Origin: Acidimicrobiia bacterium
GTDB taxonomy: Bacteria; Actinomycetota; Acidimicrobiia; Spongiisociales; JAHEDJ01
Direction of reading: 5' to 3'
DNA length: 64,000 nucleotides
Assembly (NCBI GenBank): GCA_029210695.1
Contig: JARGFH010000014.1
Location: 1-64,000 of the forward strand
In this document: piece by piece, positions 20,774-30,548 of the stretch
How the letters are laid out: each line of letters begins with the position of its first letter
How positions within the stretch are numbered: position 1 is the stretch's first letter
Program-made: the position numbers and the translations under genes
The notes under the pieces: model-generated
The model's database searches: none
The model's input: only the letters and a program-made list of their open reading frames with translations
Told to the model about the DNA's origin: nothing

Positions 20774-20831
20774 GGTCTACCTCGTTTGGTTGGCTTTCGT
20801 CTGATTGGTGCCTGATCCTGCGATCTATTTG

Positions 20832-23800
20832 TCATTCCTCGAACTCGTGGGACTCGAATCCCAGTTGGGTCGCGTTCTCGCTGACCGTTCGACGGGTGCG
20901 ATCATCAAATCCGTCGGATTCGGCATTGATCTCGACGGTGATGGACACCTTGCTGCCCTCTGCGTTGCCGAGGTGGGAGGCGACCTCGTTGATGAGATCT
21001 CCGAAGTCTCGGATTGCCCGAACTGGGTCCAGGTGCTTGCGACCGTAGAAACGGGTCGGCACGACGAGCCCCGGGGGCTTGGGCTGATCCCCACCGTCGT
21101 CCTCGTTGCCGCCCACCGCTCCGGGTTCATCGACGGTCTGCTCGTCAAGCTGACGCCGAGCCCGATCGGGCTTGACGACGACAGCGGTCTGGCTCATCCC
21201 CACTCCGACGTGCTCGCCGGTTTTGAGTCCTCGATAGCGGTCGGTTGACTCGTCGTGCGCATCTGCGAAAGCGAATGTGTCTTGCTCCCAGTTGATCTGG
21301 GCTGCTCCATCTGAGACGGCAGCGGCGAAAACTCCGAAGTTGGCGAGCCTCGGCATGTACAGGTACTGGGAGTAGTAGCCCCATAAGCGGCGGACTCCGA
21401 TGTGGTCGCCGTCCCACAGGCTTGCCTCGGGCCGATCGAGATCCATCCGTATCCGAATCCCGCCGTAGGAGGAGATCAACTCCTCAGATGATTCCAGCTT
21501 CTTGGCCGTCTTGGCAGCTAGGTCGCCATTTCCTGCCGCCCGGATCGCTTGCCACGAGATCTCCGCCTTGCCGGGCTGCTGCTTAGGTGTGAGGACATGT
21601 TGGAACGTCTCACCGATCCGCTGCCGGATGGTGTCGTCGGCCTCCTGCAGCTTGGTTTCGGCCTGCTTGATCTCCGACCCAGACAAATCGAGTCCGTCGG
21701 CGCCTCTCTCGTCGAGAATCGACTTCCACGCCATCCAGTCCCATACCGCCGATCTCAGTTCGGGAACTCGGTTGGGGTCGGCGGCGAGGAAGGCGAGGAG
21801 GTTGCGGTTGATCCGTGGCCCGCCCTGCCTTTGCTCGAGGATCGCGGCGGCTGCTTTCACGGCGGGTGACTCGTCGGTGGCGCCTCGGTGGGGAGAAGTC
21901 GCGGGCAGGATCACCAGCCTGACACCGTCGTCCTCGTCGGGGACGTCCCCCGGGCCATCGGGAAAGACGTGCACCGCTGCGAACGGACCAGTGGACCGGG
22001 CGGCCTGCACCCGGTTGCGGATCTCGATGTCGGCGTCATCGTCGGTGAAATTCGATTCGGCCCGATCGCCCGCCAAACGAGTGAGGGTGGGTTTGGTGTC
22101 GTACCAGTACTGGGCGCCCTGGCTGTATAGGTATGTGGCCTCCGACGACAAGTGACGGAGAGCGTCCTGTATCACTCCCGGTTTCTCTCCCGGCTGGACA
22201 CAACCCAACACGATGTGCTTCAGATCGACCCCTCGACGATCCTCCTGGCGTGGAGCCGACCCGACATAGGTAGCACGGGCCACCCGTCGAGTCGCCGAAT
22301 ATTTCCCGAGATTCGGCCGAGCCTGGTCAATGCGGAGGGGCAGCGAGTTAGGTCCGTCGACATCGGTACGGATGATCGGCTCCCACCGGTCATCGAGATA
22401 CTTGGTGAGCTCGGAGACGACCGCACCCGAATCCATCGGGATGGTCCCTGGCATGATCATCAACGACGAGTCGCCCCGTTTCCACAGCTCCGAGATGACG
22501 GTCGCCATCAATCGCAGCATCCCGCGGGTACGTTGGAATCGCTCCAGGGTCGACCAGTCTTGATAGAGTCGGTCGAACAGCTCAGGATGGATCGGGTAGG
22601 CCGCCGCCATCCGCCGTTGATACTCGCCCTCCTTCGACTCGGATGGAAAGTCGGCGGGGCTATCCAAATACAGGTTGTGGTAGGCGCGGATCACCGCGTC
22701 GCGTTTCTTTGCCTCGGACGCCGGGACTGGTTCGAACAGCCGGCGACGCACGATCTCAAACGACTCATCAGTCGACGCCGGTCGCCACTGGGCTGCTTTA
22801 CGGGAAACAACGTTCTTGAGCTTGGCGAGGGCAAGCTGACCTTTCTCGCCACCAACCTCCAGATCCGAGGAGGGTATCGACACCAGCACCAGGGTGTTGT
22901 CCACTGCTGAAGCGGCCTCGGTGAGCGCCTGGGCAAACGTGAACTGCGTGTCGAAGTCGCCGCCCGGAAGTCTCATCTCGTCGGTCTTGGTGGGAAGGTC
23001 GCGGGCGTAGGCGACCCATTCGTCGATGAGCACCAGTGCGGGCCCGAACCTCTCGAAGAGCTCGATCAGTTTGGCGCCAGGGTTGGTCGCGTTCTGGTCG
23101 TCCTCGGCAAGGATCTTGTAGCCCTCGACGCCGCCGAGCTGCCACGCGAGATCACCCCACAGGGTGTGAACCTTGGTCCCGTCTGGCTTCTCCTGCGGTG
23201 TTGACGGTGACACCATCTGCCCGACGAACACCGCCCGCCGTACCTCACTTGGGATCGACAGGTCGTCATCCGCAAGGACGTCGTCGACCCCGGACAACAC
23301 AGATGTCGGTACGCCGGCGACGAGGTGAAAGAGGGCGATGAGGCTGTGCGTCTTCCCGCCGCCGAAGCTGGTCTGCAGCTCGACGATCGGGTCGCCGCCC
23401 CTGCCCGAGAGCCGCGAGGCAGCGATCCTGATCAGGTCGCGGAGCCCATCGGTGATGTAGGTGCGGGCGAAGAAGGCCGTCGGATCCTGATACTCCTCGT
23501 CAGCCTTGCTGTGAAGCACTTGGTAGAGATCAGCAGCGAACTCGGCCTGTTCGAAACGGCCCTGCGCGACATCTGGATGGGGAGCGACGATCTCGCGCCA
23601 CGGCGCCAAACCCGCGGCTGGCTCGCCTTTGGTTGCTTCTGCGGCCAGCTTGCGTTGCTCGCCTCGTGCCTCTTCGGAGAACACCTGTCGCTGCAGACCC
23701 TTGCGAAGATCCTGCACTTGCTCGACGTGTTCACTTGCGTGGAAGGCCTTCAGGAGGATCTCGCAGAAGTCGAGAATGCGGTAGGTCTCGTCAGAGCTGA

Positions 23801-24095
23801 ACTTCTTGTTGTGCGCCCAGTCGTTCCGTGCGTCCCTCAGCAGGATGACGTAGCTGCGTTCAGATTTGGAAAACACTTGTTTGAAGAACTGATTCCAAGT
23901 GGCTTCCATCCCCTTCAGCAAGAAGGCGAGATCATCGGGATCGGGATTCCGGTCCGGCTGGTACAACGCGTCGTTTACCGACTGAGTCCACCCGTTGCCG
24001 TACATTGATTGCCAGGCCTTCTCCAGCCCAGGCCGGATCCCATCCCGGAGGAGGGTAAGGGCCTTTCCAACACGTTCGTGATTCGACATCGCCAT
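20832..24095 (-). CDS. DUF499 AAA+ ATPase with N-terminal Swt1-like HEPN domain
   Basis: RDARNDWAH; PWREIVAPHPDV...EFAADL; LQTSFGGGKTHSLIAL; LIDEWVAY; AYPIHPELFDRLY; FQRTRG. Confidence 0.92.
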   Translation of the reverse strand: MAMSNHERVGKALTLLRDGIRPGLEKAWQSMYGNGWTQSVNDALYQPDRNPDPDDLAFLLKGMEATWNQFFKQVFSKSERSYVILLRDARNDWAHNKKFSSDETYRILDFCEILLKAFHASEHVEQVQDLRKGLQRQVFSEEARGEQRKLAAEATKGEPAAGLAPWREIVAPHPDVAQGRFEQAEFAADLYQVLHSKADEEYQDPTAFFARTYITDGLRDLIRIAASRLSGRGGDPIVELQTSFGGGKTHSLIALFHLVAGVPTSVLSGVDDVLADDDLSIPSEVRRAVFVGQMVSPSTPQEKPDGTKVHTLWGDLAWQLGGVEGYKILAEDDQNATNPGAKLIELFERFGPALVLIDEWVAYARDLPTKTDEMRLPGGDFDTQFTFAQALTEAASAVDNTLVLVSIPSSDLEVGGEKGQLALAKLKNVVSRKAAQWRPASTDESFEIVRRRLFEPVPASEAKKRDAVIRAYHNLYLDSPADFPSESKEGEYQRRMAAAYPIHPELFDRLYQDWSTLERFQRTRGMLRLMATVISELWKRGDSSLMIMPGTIPMDSGAVVSELTKYLDDRWEPIIRTDVDGPNSLPLRIDQARPNLGKYSATRRVARATYVGSAPRQEDRRGVDLKHIVLGCVQPGEKPGVIQDALRHLSSEATYLYSQGAQYWYDTKPTLTRLAGDRAESNFTDDDADIEIRNRVQAARSTGPFAAVHVFPDGPGDVPDEDDGVRLVILPATSPHRGATDESPAVKAAAAILEQRQGGPRINRNLLAFLAADPNRVPELRSAVWDWMAWKSILDERGADGLDLSGSEIKQAETKLQEADDTIRQRIGETFQHVLTPKQQPGKAEISWQAIRAAGNGDLAAKTAKKLESSEELISSYGGIRIRMDLDRPEASLWDGDHIGVRRLWGYYSQYLYMPRLANFGVFAAAVSDGAAQINWEQDTFAFADAHDESTDRYRGLKTGEHVGVGMSQTAVVVKPDRARRQLDEQTVDEPGAVGGNEDDGGDQPKPPGLVVPTRFYGRKHLDPVRAIRDFGDLINEVASHLGNAEGSKVSITVEINAESDGFDDRTRRTVSENATQLGFESHEFEE

Positions 24096-24103
24096 AACTC
24101 AGA

Positions 24104-26869
24104 TCATTCTCCCAATCTCTGCTGCACTGGGGTTTCAGATCGGCTGGCGAGTTTGACCAAATCGGGCCACGCCTGAACGAGGGTGTTATAGGCCACAGCC
24201 TCCTCGGCCCATCCACGCCGATCGGCTGCTTGATAGAGAAGGTAGGCAAGCTGCCTGGCACGCTCGCCGATCCCTGTACCGATCCAGCGCAGGAGATTTG
24301 CTGCGACCAGCTCCGACTCGTCGAGGGATGCGATGAGGTTTTGCGTGACCTCCCAAACGGTTAGACGAGTGTCGGCAGAAGGGTCCCAGTCTGCGACGAG
24401 ATCATCCCGATCGACCAGGTACACCTTGCCGTCCTGCTGGACTGCGATACCGGCTTGAACTACGCCGCCTACCGATGTGTTCTTCGCTTTCGACAGCGTC
24501 TCTGCATCCCCGAAGAGTCCTGGTTTCATTCCGTTCTGCTCATACCACGTCAAGGCCCATCGCGTATCAGCGTCGAACTCGGTCTCCTCCTCGGAGAGCA
24601 CCTCCTGAAGCACTTCGTTTATGAGCGTCAGAGCGTGGCGAACGGGCATATCGGTACCATCGGATTCGATGACTTTCGAAAATCGAGAGAAGACGGCCAT
24701 TCCGGGTCCGATTGCCGATTGAGCCATGTCCACGGGTGCGATGGACTCTCGTTGGAGAAGTCGGATCGCCGGCGGCAGTTCCCGGCGGAGAGCGGCCAAG
24801 AATTCGCCGCGAGTCGCCAGCGGGGCCATCGGGTGTTGGGGGCGACAGGCTATGACAATCGAGGATGCGAGTGCTGCCTTCTTCATCGCTAGCGGACGAT
24901 TGACCAGTTCCGTCCTCACGGGCCATGTCGACGTAATGGCGAGGCCCGCAGACCTCAAGCCTTGCAAGAAGGTCTCCCAGCCCGTCGACGCGGTTCCGCT
25001 TGCGTCCGTCTCGGCCTGCTTAAACGCGTAGAACACGACGGATGGGAAGTCGGGATTCTGGTGCGCGGCGACGGACGAGAACACCTCCTTCATCCCGGCC
25101 TCGAAGTGTGCCCTTGCCTCTGGATTGGAGCCATGGCGGTAGGGGTCTGCGATGAGTTCTTCGGCCTTGGGAGTGAGCACAGTGGATAGCTCGTCGGGCC
25201 AGACGTCGCGAAGGCTCGTTCTCAGCCATACGTAGAAGAAGTCGGAGAGATCGGAGTACCCAATGTTGTCGTAGTAAGGAGGATCAGTGACTACAACTGG
25301 GTTCGCAATCTCCGCGACCCTCGCCGTCGCATCTCGTTGGGCCACCGACGCGGCCCCGACCGCCGGCAGATGTTCGATCGCCTTCGCAACCCAATCCAGC
25401 ATCGACCGCCAACTCCCAGTTGATCCCGAGAAAGGGTTCACCTCGGCGAAATCCCACGTCATAGGAATCGCTTGGCGAGCGAACGTGTTCCTGATCAGCT
25501 CCTTTGAATTGTGCCAGGTACATACCGTGGACCAATAGTCGGCACACTTGTCCAGAACGAAAGCAAGGTACGTCATCACGGCGTCCGCGTATGCCGTCCC
25601 TTGGTCACCGCCATCACGGAGTCGGCGGCCATCGATTGTCAAGCCAGCCGCTTGAGCGTCTCGTTCGATGACCATCCGAACTTCTTGAAGCTGGTCCGAG
25701 AATGTCGTAAGTGCGAGGAGTTGGCGGTCTGTGAACAGGTCCTTCCAATGGCCGAGCCCGTACCCCGGCGTCTTGAAATCGCGCGGGTTCCGGGGAAGCT
25801 CTGCTTCGAGGGCTGATGGAATGTGCACGGCGGGTAATGCGGGCGTCTCAATGCCGGCGACATACTCGCGACCGCGGGGACCCTGCGCTACGGCCGCCAT
25901 CGCATGGCGACCGAAGCCCGTCGTTCGGCCTTGCTGACGTACGTAATCGAATCCGAATGGCGTTCCCGTTGCTACGCAGCGCCCGGCTGTGCTCCGGCCA
26001 ATGGTTCCTTCCGGTGGTTCCCCTCCCTCGCGTATCGCGTATCGGATCTCCTGGCGGTGTCTGTCAATGATCGGCTCGATCCATATGGAGGGCTTTGACT
26101 TAGTCGCTGAACGAAGCGTCCAAGAGCGAACAAGGGGTACATCTCCGCTCCATGCTGGATCTGGAGATGCCACCGTTCGCGCCCAGATCCACGCAATCGC
26201 GGTGGCGTCCTCGCTTCCCTTGCTGGCTGGCAACCGCACCTTGGGATAGAGGCTTCCGATCCGCTCGAATGCTTGTTCTTGAATCCGAAGCCCGTAGTAG
26301 CGGACGTCTTCTGCCAATCCTTGGGCTCCGCGCCAGCTCTTCAGACCCGACCCCTGCCGGGCTTCGGGGTTCATCGGTGGCTTCCGGTCGAACCGAGGAG
26401 GGATCTCGATCATCGCCTTCGAGACCAACACGGCAACAGGGTTCAGATCGCCGCCGAACGCGGGCAGCCCAAGTCGCTGCGCCTCTAGCGGTATCGATCC
26501 GCCTCCACAGAAAGGGTCAAGAACAGTGGGTAACTCGCCGTCGCACGAGTCCAGTATCTCCTTCGTTGCCTCGTCGAGTATGTGCTGATTGTCCGAGTTC
26601 TCCCAACGCACGAGTTGCTCAAGGATCCGGAAGAGCCGTTGTCGCTCCGTCTCCTGCGCCTCAAGGGTCGGGAATAGCTCAACGTCTGCCGAAGGGTCGT
26701 TGACCAAGGACGCCCACAGAACAGCTCGCGCTGCAGCGAGCGGACGACGCGCCCACCAGAGGTGCAGAGTTGAGGGATGGCCGTGCCGGATGGATTTCTC
26801 CCTTGCAGCCTCCCGATTGATGGCGTCGAGCGGCAGCGCCACCTCGATCAACTTCTTCTTGTACGTCAT
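24104..26869 (-). CDS. DUF1156 family adenine DNA methyltransferase
   Basis: KKKLIEVALPL, LHLWWARRPLAAAR, LDPFCGGGSIPLEA (SAM binding), TDPPYYDNI (catalytic). Confidence 0.93.
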   Translation of the reverse strand: MTYKKKLIEVALPLDAINREAAREKSIRHGHPSTLHLWWARRPLAAARAVLWASLVNDPSADVELFPTLEAQETERQRLFRILEQLVRWENSDNQHILDEATKEILDSCDGELPTVLDPFCGGGSIPLEAQRLGLPAFGGDLNPVAVLVSKAMIEIPPRFDRKPPMNPEARQGSGLKSWRGAQGLAEDVRYYGLRIQEQAFERIGSLYPKVRLPASKGSEDATAIAWIWARTVASPDPAWSGDVPLVRSWTLRSATKSKPSIWIEPIIDRHRQEIRYAIREGGEPPEGTIGRSTAGRCVATGTPFGFDYVRQQGRTTGFGRHAMAAVAQGPRGREYVAGIETPALPAVHIPSALEAELPRNPRDFKTPGYGLGHWKDLFTDRQLLALTTFSDQLQEVRMVIERDAQAAGLTIDGRRLRDGGDQGTAYADAVMTYLAFVLDKCADYWSTVCTWHNSKELIRNTFARQAIPMTWDFAEVNPFSGSTGSWRSMLDWVAKAIEHLPAVGAASVAQRDATARVAEIANPVVVTDPPYYDNIGYSDLSDFFYVWLRTSLRDVWPDELSTVLTPKAEELIADPYRHGSNPEARAHFEAGMKEVFSSVAAHQNPDFPSVVFYAFKQAETDASGTASTGWETFLQGLRSAGLAITSTWPVRTELVNRPLAMKKAALASSIVIACRPQHPMAPLATRGEFLAALRRELPPAIRLLQRESIAPVDMAQSAIGPGMAVFSRFSKVIESDGTDMPVRHALTLINEVLQEVLSEEETEFDADTRWALTWYEQNGMKPGLFGDAETLSKAKNTSVGGVVQAGIAVQQDGKVYLVDRDDLVADWDPSADTRLTVWEVTQNLIASLDESELVAANLLRWIGTGIGERARQLAYLLYQAADRRGWAEEAVAYNTLVQAWPDLVKLASRSETPVQQRLGE

Positions 26870-29800
26870 CTCGGCTCCACGGCTTCTGAGAGCAGCTTGG
26901 GTAGTGAGAGATTGACCGACACCGCTGCGAATGGAAGCTCTGTGCCCTGAAATGGTCGCAACAGGTATCGCACTGTCGGATCCGCAGCTCGATCTTCTGG
27001 GACGGAGACAAGAGCGAGGATGAACCGGTCGGGGGTGTTTTGTGCTTGCCGAACCTGGCGGGCTTTCACTGTGACGGTGTCGGATCCTTCGATACGACCT
27101 TTGACCTCGATGAAGTAGAGGTCGCCGCTCTCGAGGTCGCGGCTTTCGATGTCGTAGCCTGGTTGGTGGTGGGGCATCTCCTGCGGTTCCCTTTGGAGAG
27201 CCCGCTCTGCTGAAAGCACGGCTGAGACTGCCCTTCGGTCGACCTCCTCGACATCCTTCGCGTAGGTGTGCGGGGGCTGGGTGCGTTCGCCGGCGAGCCG
27301 GTCGAGAAGACCTTGGGGGATAACGATGGCCCCGCCGACGACCGTCGGAGGTTGGTTGGAGAGATCGAGTTCTTGGTCGAGTTGGCGGTTTCTGCGTTCT
27401 AGACGCGCCTGCAGGTCGTCGGCGATGTTGCGAGCATGCCCGGACGTGAAGCCTCCCTTTGGCTTCTTACCTTGGAGTTCTTTGGCCTTGGCGTCGGCGG
27501 CTCGTGCGTCCCAATAGTTGATCTCGCTGGTGAGCCGGTCTACGACAGCGGCTCGTACCCGGGCGACGCGGTCTTCTGTAATGCGACGGACTTCCTGGAT
27601 GTGGGGTCCGGCGAGGTTCTCGATGGCGTGGCTTCGGGCGGTCGTTGACAGCGCGGCTGTGATCCACTCACCTCTGAGAGTGTCGGACAGGATTGGGCGT
27701 TCTTCGTCTGCTGGCCGGTAGTCGAGGTAGGGGGCATAGCCGGCATCGCTCGGGTCGCTACTTTCAGGGATCTCGACGAACTGGTAGCGGCGAGACACTG
27801 TCCGCCTACCGCCATCTTCTCCGGGCCGTCCGTCTTTCACGGCATGTTCGAGGTAGACGAGTGCCCGGGGGGTTTCGGTCGGATCGTCGGGGTCGATGAA
27901 CACCGTTCCGCGTTGGAGCAGTGCGCCATGCCGGTCTCCAATGGTGTCGATGACTGCCGTAAGGAGTGGGTGGCCGGGGCTGAGCAGTTCCGCCGGTGGC
28001 TTGCCGTCGACCTTGATGAGTTCCTTCTCGAAGGTGACGCGCTCGTAGACCGGCTGCAACGGGGATCCGACCTTCGCTTCCCGCTCGGTGGATCGGACTG
28101 CCGAAGGGACGCGGGTGATTTCAAACCGTCCACCTTCCCGTTCGGTGATACGACCGCCCAGGAGTCGGAAGGCGTCGAGGAAGAACGCTCGGATAAACCC
28201 GGGTTGGAGCTTGCGGGCCTTTGCCCGTTCCATCATGTCTCGGATCTCATCGACGCGGGCCTTGCCGAGGATGTCGACTGCCAGTGCGCGCTCAGCAACG
28301 ACATCTTCTAGTCGCTTGCCGATGCCCTCGTCGATGATCCGCATTTGTCGAGCCCGAACTTCGGGATCATCGCCGTAGCGGATCGCCTCGATAAGGAGTT
28401 CACGCAGCGAGCGGTCGATGAATGAGTCACCCAGGACGTCGTAGACCTGGTCGCCCAGCGCTTTGCGCTGTTCTTCGATCTTGTCGAGGAGCCGCTCGAA
28501 TACGGCACCTTCTCTGGTGTTGTGGGCGACCATGTTCCATAGGTGGCACACTTCTTGCTGTCCGATGCGGTGGATGCGACCGAAGCGTTGCTCGATGCGG
28601 TTTGGGTTCCACGGCAAGTCGTAGTTGACCATCAGGTTGGCCCGCTGCAGGTTAACGCCTTCACCGGCTGCATCCGTGGCTACGAGCACCTGGATGTCTG
28701 GGTTGGTGATGAAAGCATCCTGGGTGCGGCGTCGGTCTGCCCGTCGAAGGCCCCCGTGGATTACACAGATGACTTCTGGTTTGCCAAGGAGGCTCCGGAT
28801 GCGACGCTCTAAGTAGTGGAGAGTGTCGCGGTGCTCGGTGAAGATGATGATCTTGCGTTTTGTGCCGTCGGGTGCGTTCATAGCGTCGGATTGGAGAATC
28901 GAGGACAGCTCCTCCCACTTCTTGTCGGTACCTGATGCTCGGACTGCGGCAGTGAGCTTCTCCAGTTTTGCCAGCTTGTCGATCTCGTCCCGGAGCTCGG
29001 GGACGGTCGCGGCTGCTGTGGCCTGGTCGATGGCCTCGTCTTCCAGTTGCTCGAGTTCGACGTCGTCGTAATCGTCAAAATCGAAGTCCTCGAGGTCAGT
29101 CTCTGAAAGGCCTTTCGGAATGGTGGCACTATCGCGAGCTGTTCCATCGAGGATCGCTTCCAGCTCGATGAGCCGCTTCTGGAGGCGCTCCTTGCGGCGC
29201 TGCACCGAGCGGTAGATCGCCTCCGGCGAGGAAGCGAGTCGCCGCTGAAGGGCGGTAAGAGCAAAGCCGACGACAAGGCCACGTCGTCGGTCGCCGCCCT
29301 CTTCGATCGCCTTGGCCTTGTCCATCTCCTCGCGGACGTAATGGGTGACTGCCTTGTAGAGGCTGTCCTCCAGCGGCGACAGGTCGTACTTGACGGTCCG
29401 GGCGATCCGTTCCGGGAACAATGGTCTGCCGTCGAAGGTGAGGAGGTTCTCCTTGACGTAGCGGCGCATCAGGTCGGATGCGTCGGGTGCACGCCCGTCG
29501 CGCAATCGGCCCGCAAAGCGGTCGGGGTCGAGAAGGGCGAGGAACTGTTGGAAGTCCTCTTCCTTGCCGTTGTGTGGCGTGGCGGTCAACAGCAGGAGGT
29601 TGCGGGTGATTCCCCGGAGTTGTTCGCCTACCTGGTAACGCTTGGTCTTCTCCAGCTTGGAACCGAAGTAGCGGGCGGCCATCTTGTGGGCCTCGTCCAC
29701 TACGACCAGATCCCACTCGGAGGCACGGAGCTTGACCTGGAGGTCTTCGTTGCGTGCGATCTGATCGACTCGGGCGATCAGGAAGTTCCTTTCGATGAAA

Positions 29801-30384
29801 GGGTTGCCGGTCCTGGCGTTCTCCACCATGTCCCGAGACAGGATGTCGAACGGCAGTTGGAACCTCTGCCAAAGCTCGTCCTGCCACTGCTCCACCAGCG
29901 AACCGGGGGCGACCACAAGGACCCGTTCGGCGTCACCCCGGATCGCCAATTCCCGAATGTAGAGGCCTGACATGATTGTCTTGCCGGCCCCGGGGTCGTC
30001 GGCCAAAAGGAACCGGAGAGGTTGACGGGGGAGCATCTGCTCGTAGACAGCTTCGATCTGATGTGGCAGCGGGTCGATGTTGGCTGACTCGATCGCTACA
30101 TACGGGTCGAACAGATGTGCCAGCTCGATTCGACGGGCCTCCGACGCCAGCTTGAACAGCTCGCCATCGGCGTCGAGCGTCCAATGGCGCTCTTCCGAGG
30201 CGATAGTCAGACGTGCCTCATCGGATCGGGAGAGGAGGCGATTATCTACAGCGCCGCCCGAGGTGCGGTAGACAACCTCGACCGTGTCCGTGCCATGCCA
30301 GGTGGTCGCCACGATGGCGACCGGCTTGCCAACGACGAGGCCCTCAACGATCGATTCCGGTTTGAGGTCCTCCAATGTTGCCAA
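26866..30384 (-). CDS. SNF2-family helicase with C-terminal DUF3883 (PD-(D/E)XK) nuclease
   Basis: PLPHQ, LLADDPGAGKT, VDEAH, LTATPH, GEGVNLQ, EQRFGRIHRIGQ; GYDIES...FIEVKGR. Confidence 0.93.
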   Translation of the reverse strand: MATLEDLKPESIVEGLVVGKPVAIVATTWHGTDTVEVVYRTSGGAVDNRLLSRSDEARLTIASEERHWTLDADGELFKLASEARRIELAHLFDPYVAIESANIDPLPHQIEAVYEQMLPRQPLRFLLADDPGAGKTIMSGLYIRELAIRGDAERVLVVAPGSLVEQWQDELWQRFQLPFDILSRDMVENARTGNPFIERNFLIARVDQIARNEDLQVKLRASEWDLVVVDEAHKMAARYFGSKLEKTKRYQVGEQLRGITRNLLLLTATPHNGKEEDFQQFLALLDPDRFAGRLRDGRAPDASDLMRRYVKENLLTFDGRPLFPERIARTVKYDLSPLEDSLYKAVTHYVREEMDKAKAIEEGGDRRRGLVVGFALTALQRRLASSPEAIYRSVQRRKERLQKRLIELEAILDGTARDSATIPKGLSETDLEDFDFDDYDDVELEQLEDEAIDQATAAATVPELRDEIDKLAKLEKLTAAVRASGTDKKWEELSSILQSDAMNAPDGTKRKIIIFTEHRDTLHYLERRIRSLLGKPEVICVIHGGLRRADRRRTQDAFITNPDIQVLVATDAAGEGVNLQRANLMVNYDLPWNPNRIEQRFGRIHRIGQQEVCHLWNMVAHNTREGAVFERLLDKIEEQRKALGDQVYDVLGDSFIDRSLRELLIEAIRYGDDPEVRARQMRIIDEGIGKRLEDVVAERALAVDILGKARVDEIRDMMERAKARKLQPGFIRAFFLDAFRLLGGRITEREGGRFEITRVPSAVRSTEREAKVGSPLQPVYERVTFEKELIKVDGKPPAELLSPGHPLLTAVIDTIGDRHGALLQRGTVFIDPDDPTETPRALVYLEHAVKDGRPGEDGGRRTVSRRYQFVEIPESSDPSDAGYAPYLDYRPADEERPILSDTLRGEWITAALSTTARSHAIENLAGPHIQEVRRITEDRVARVRAAVVDRLTSEINYWDARAADAKAKELQGKKPKGGFTSGHARNIADDLQARLERRNRQLDQELDLSNQPPTVVGGAIVIPQGLLDRLAGERTQPPHTYAKDVEEVDRRAVSAVLSAERALQREPQEMPHHQPGYDIESRDLESGDLYFIEVKGRIEGSDTVTVKARQVRQAQNTPDRFILALVSVPEDRAADPTVRYLLRPFQGTELPFAAVSVNLSLPKLLSEAVEPR

Positions 30385-30548
30385 CGGCCCACTCCAATAC
30401 CCTTGCGCTGTCTGGGCCAGACTACCGGATGGGTCTGACAGAGACGCTCGGTCACCAATCGGCGCCGACCTGATCCGATCGTCGAGATAGGGCTGAGCGG
30501 TCTAGATTCGCCGTGTGGGAACCCACCGAGAGTTGCGAACACACCTAG

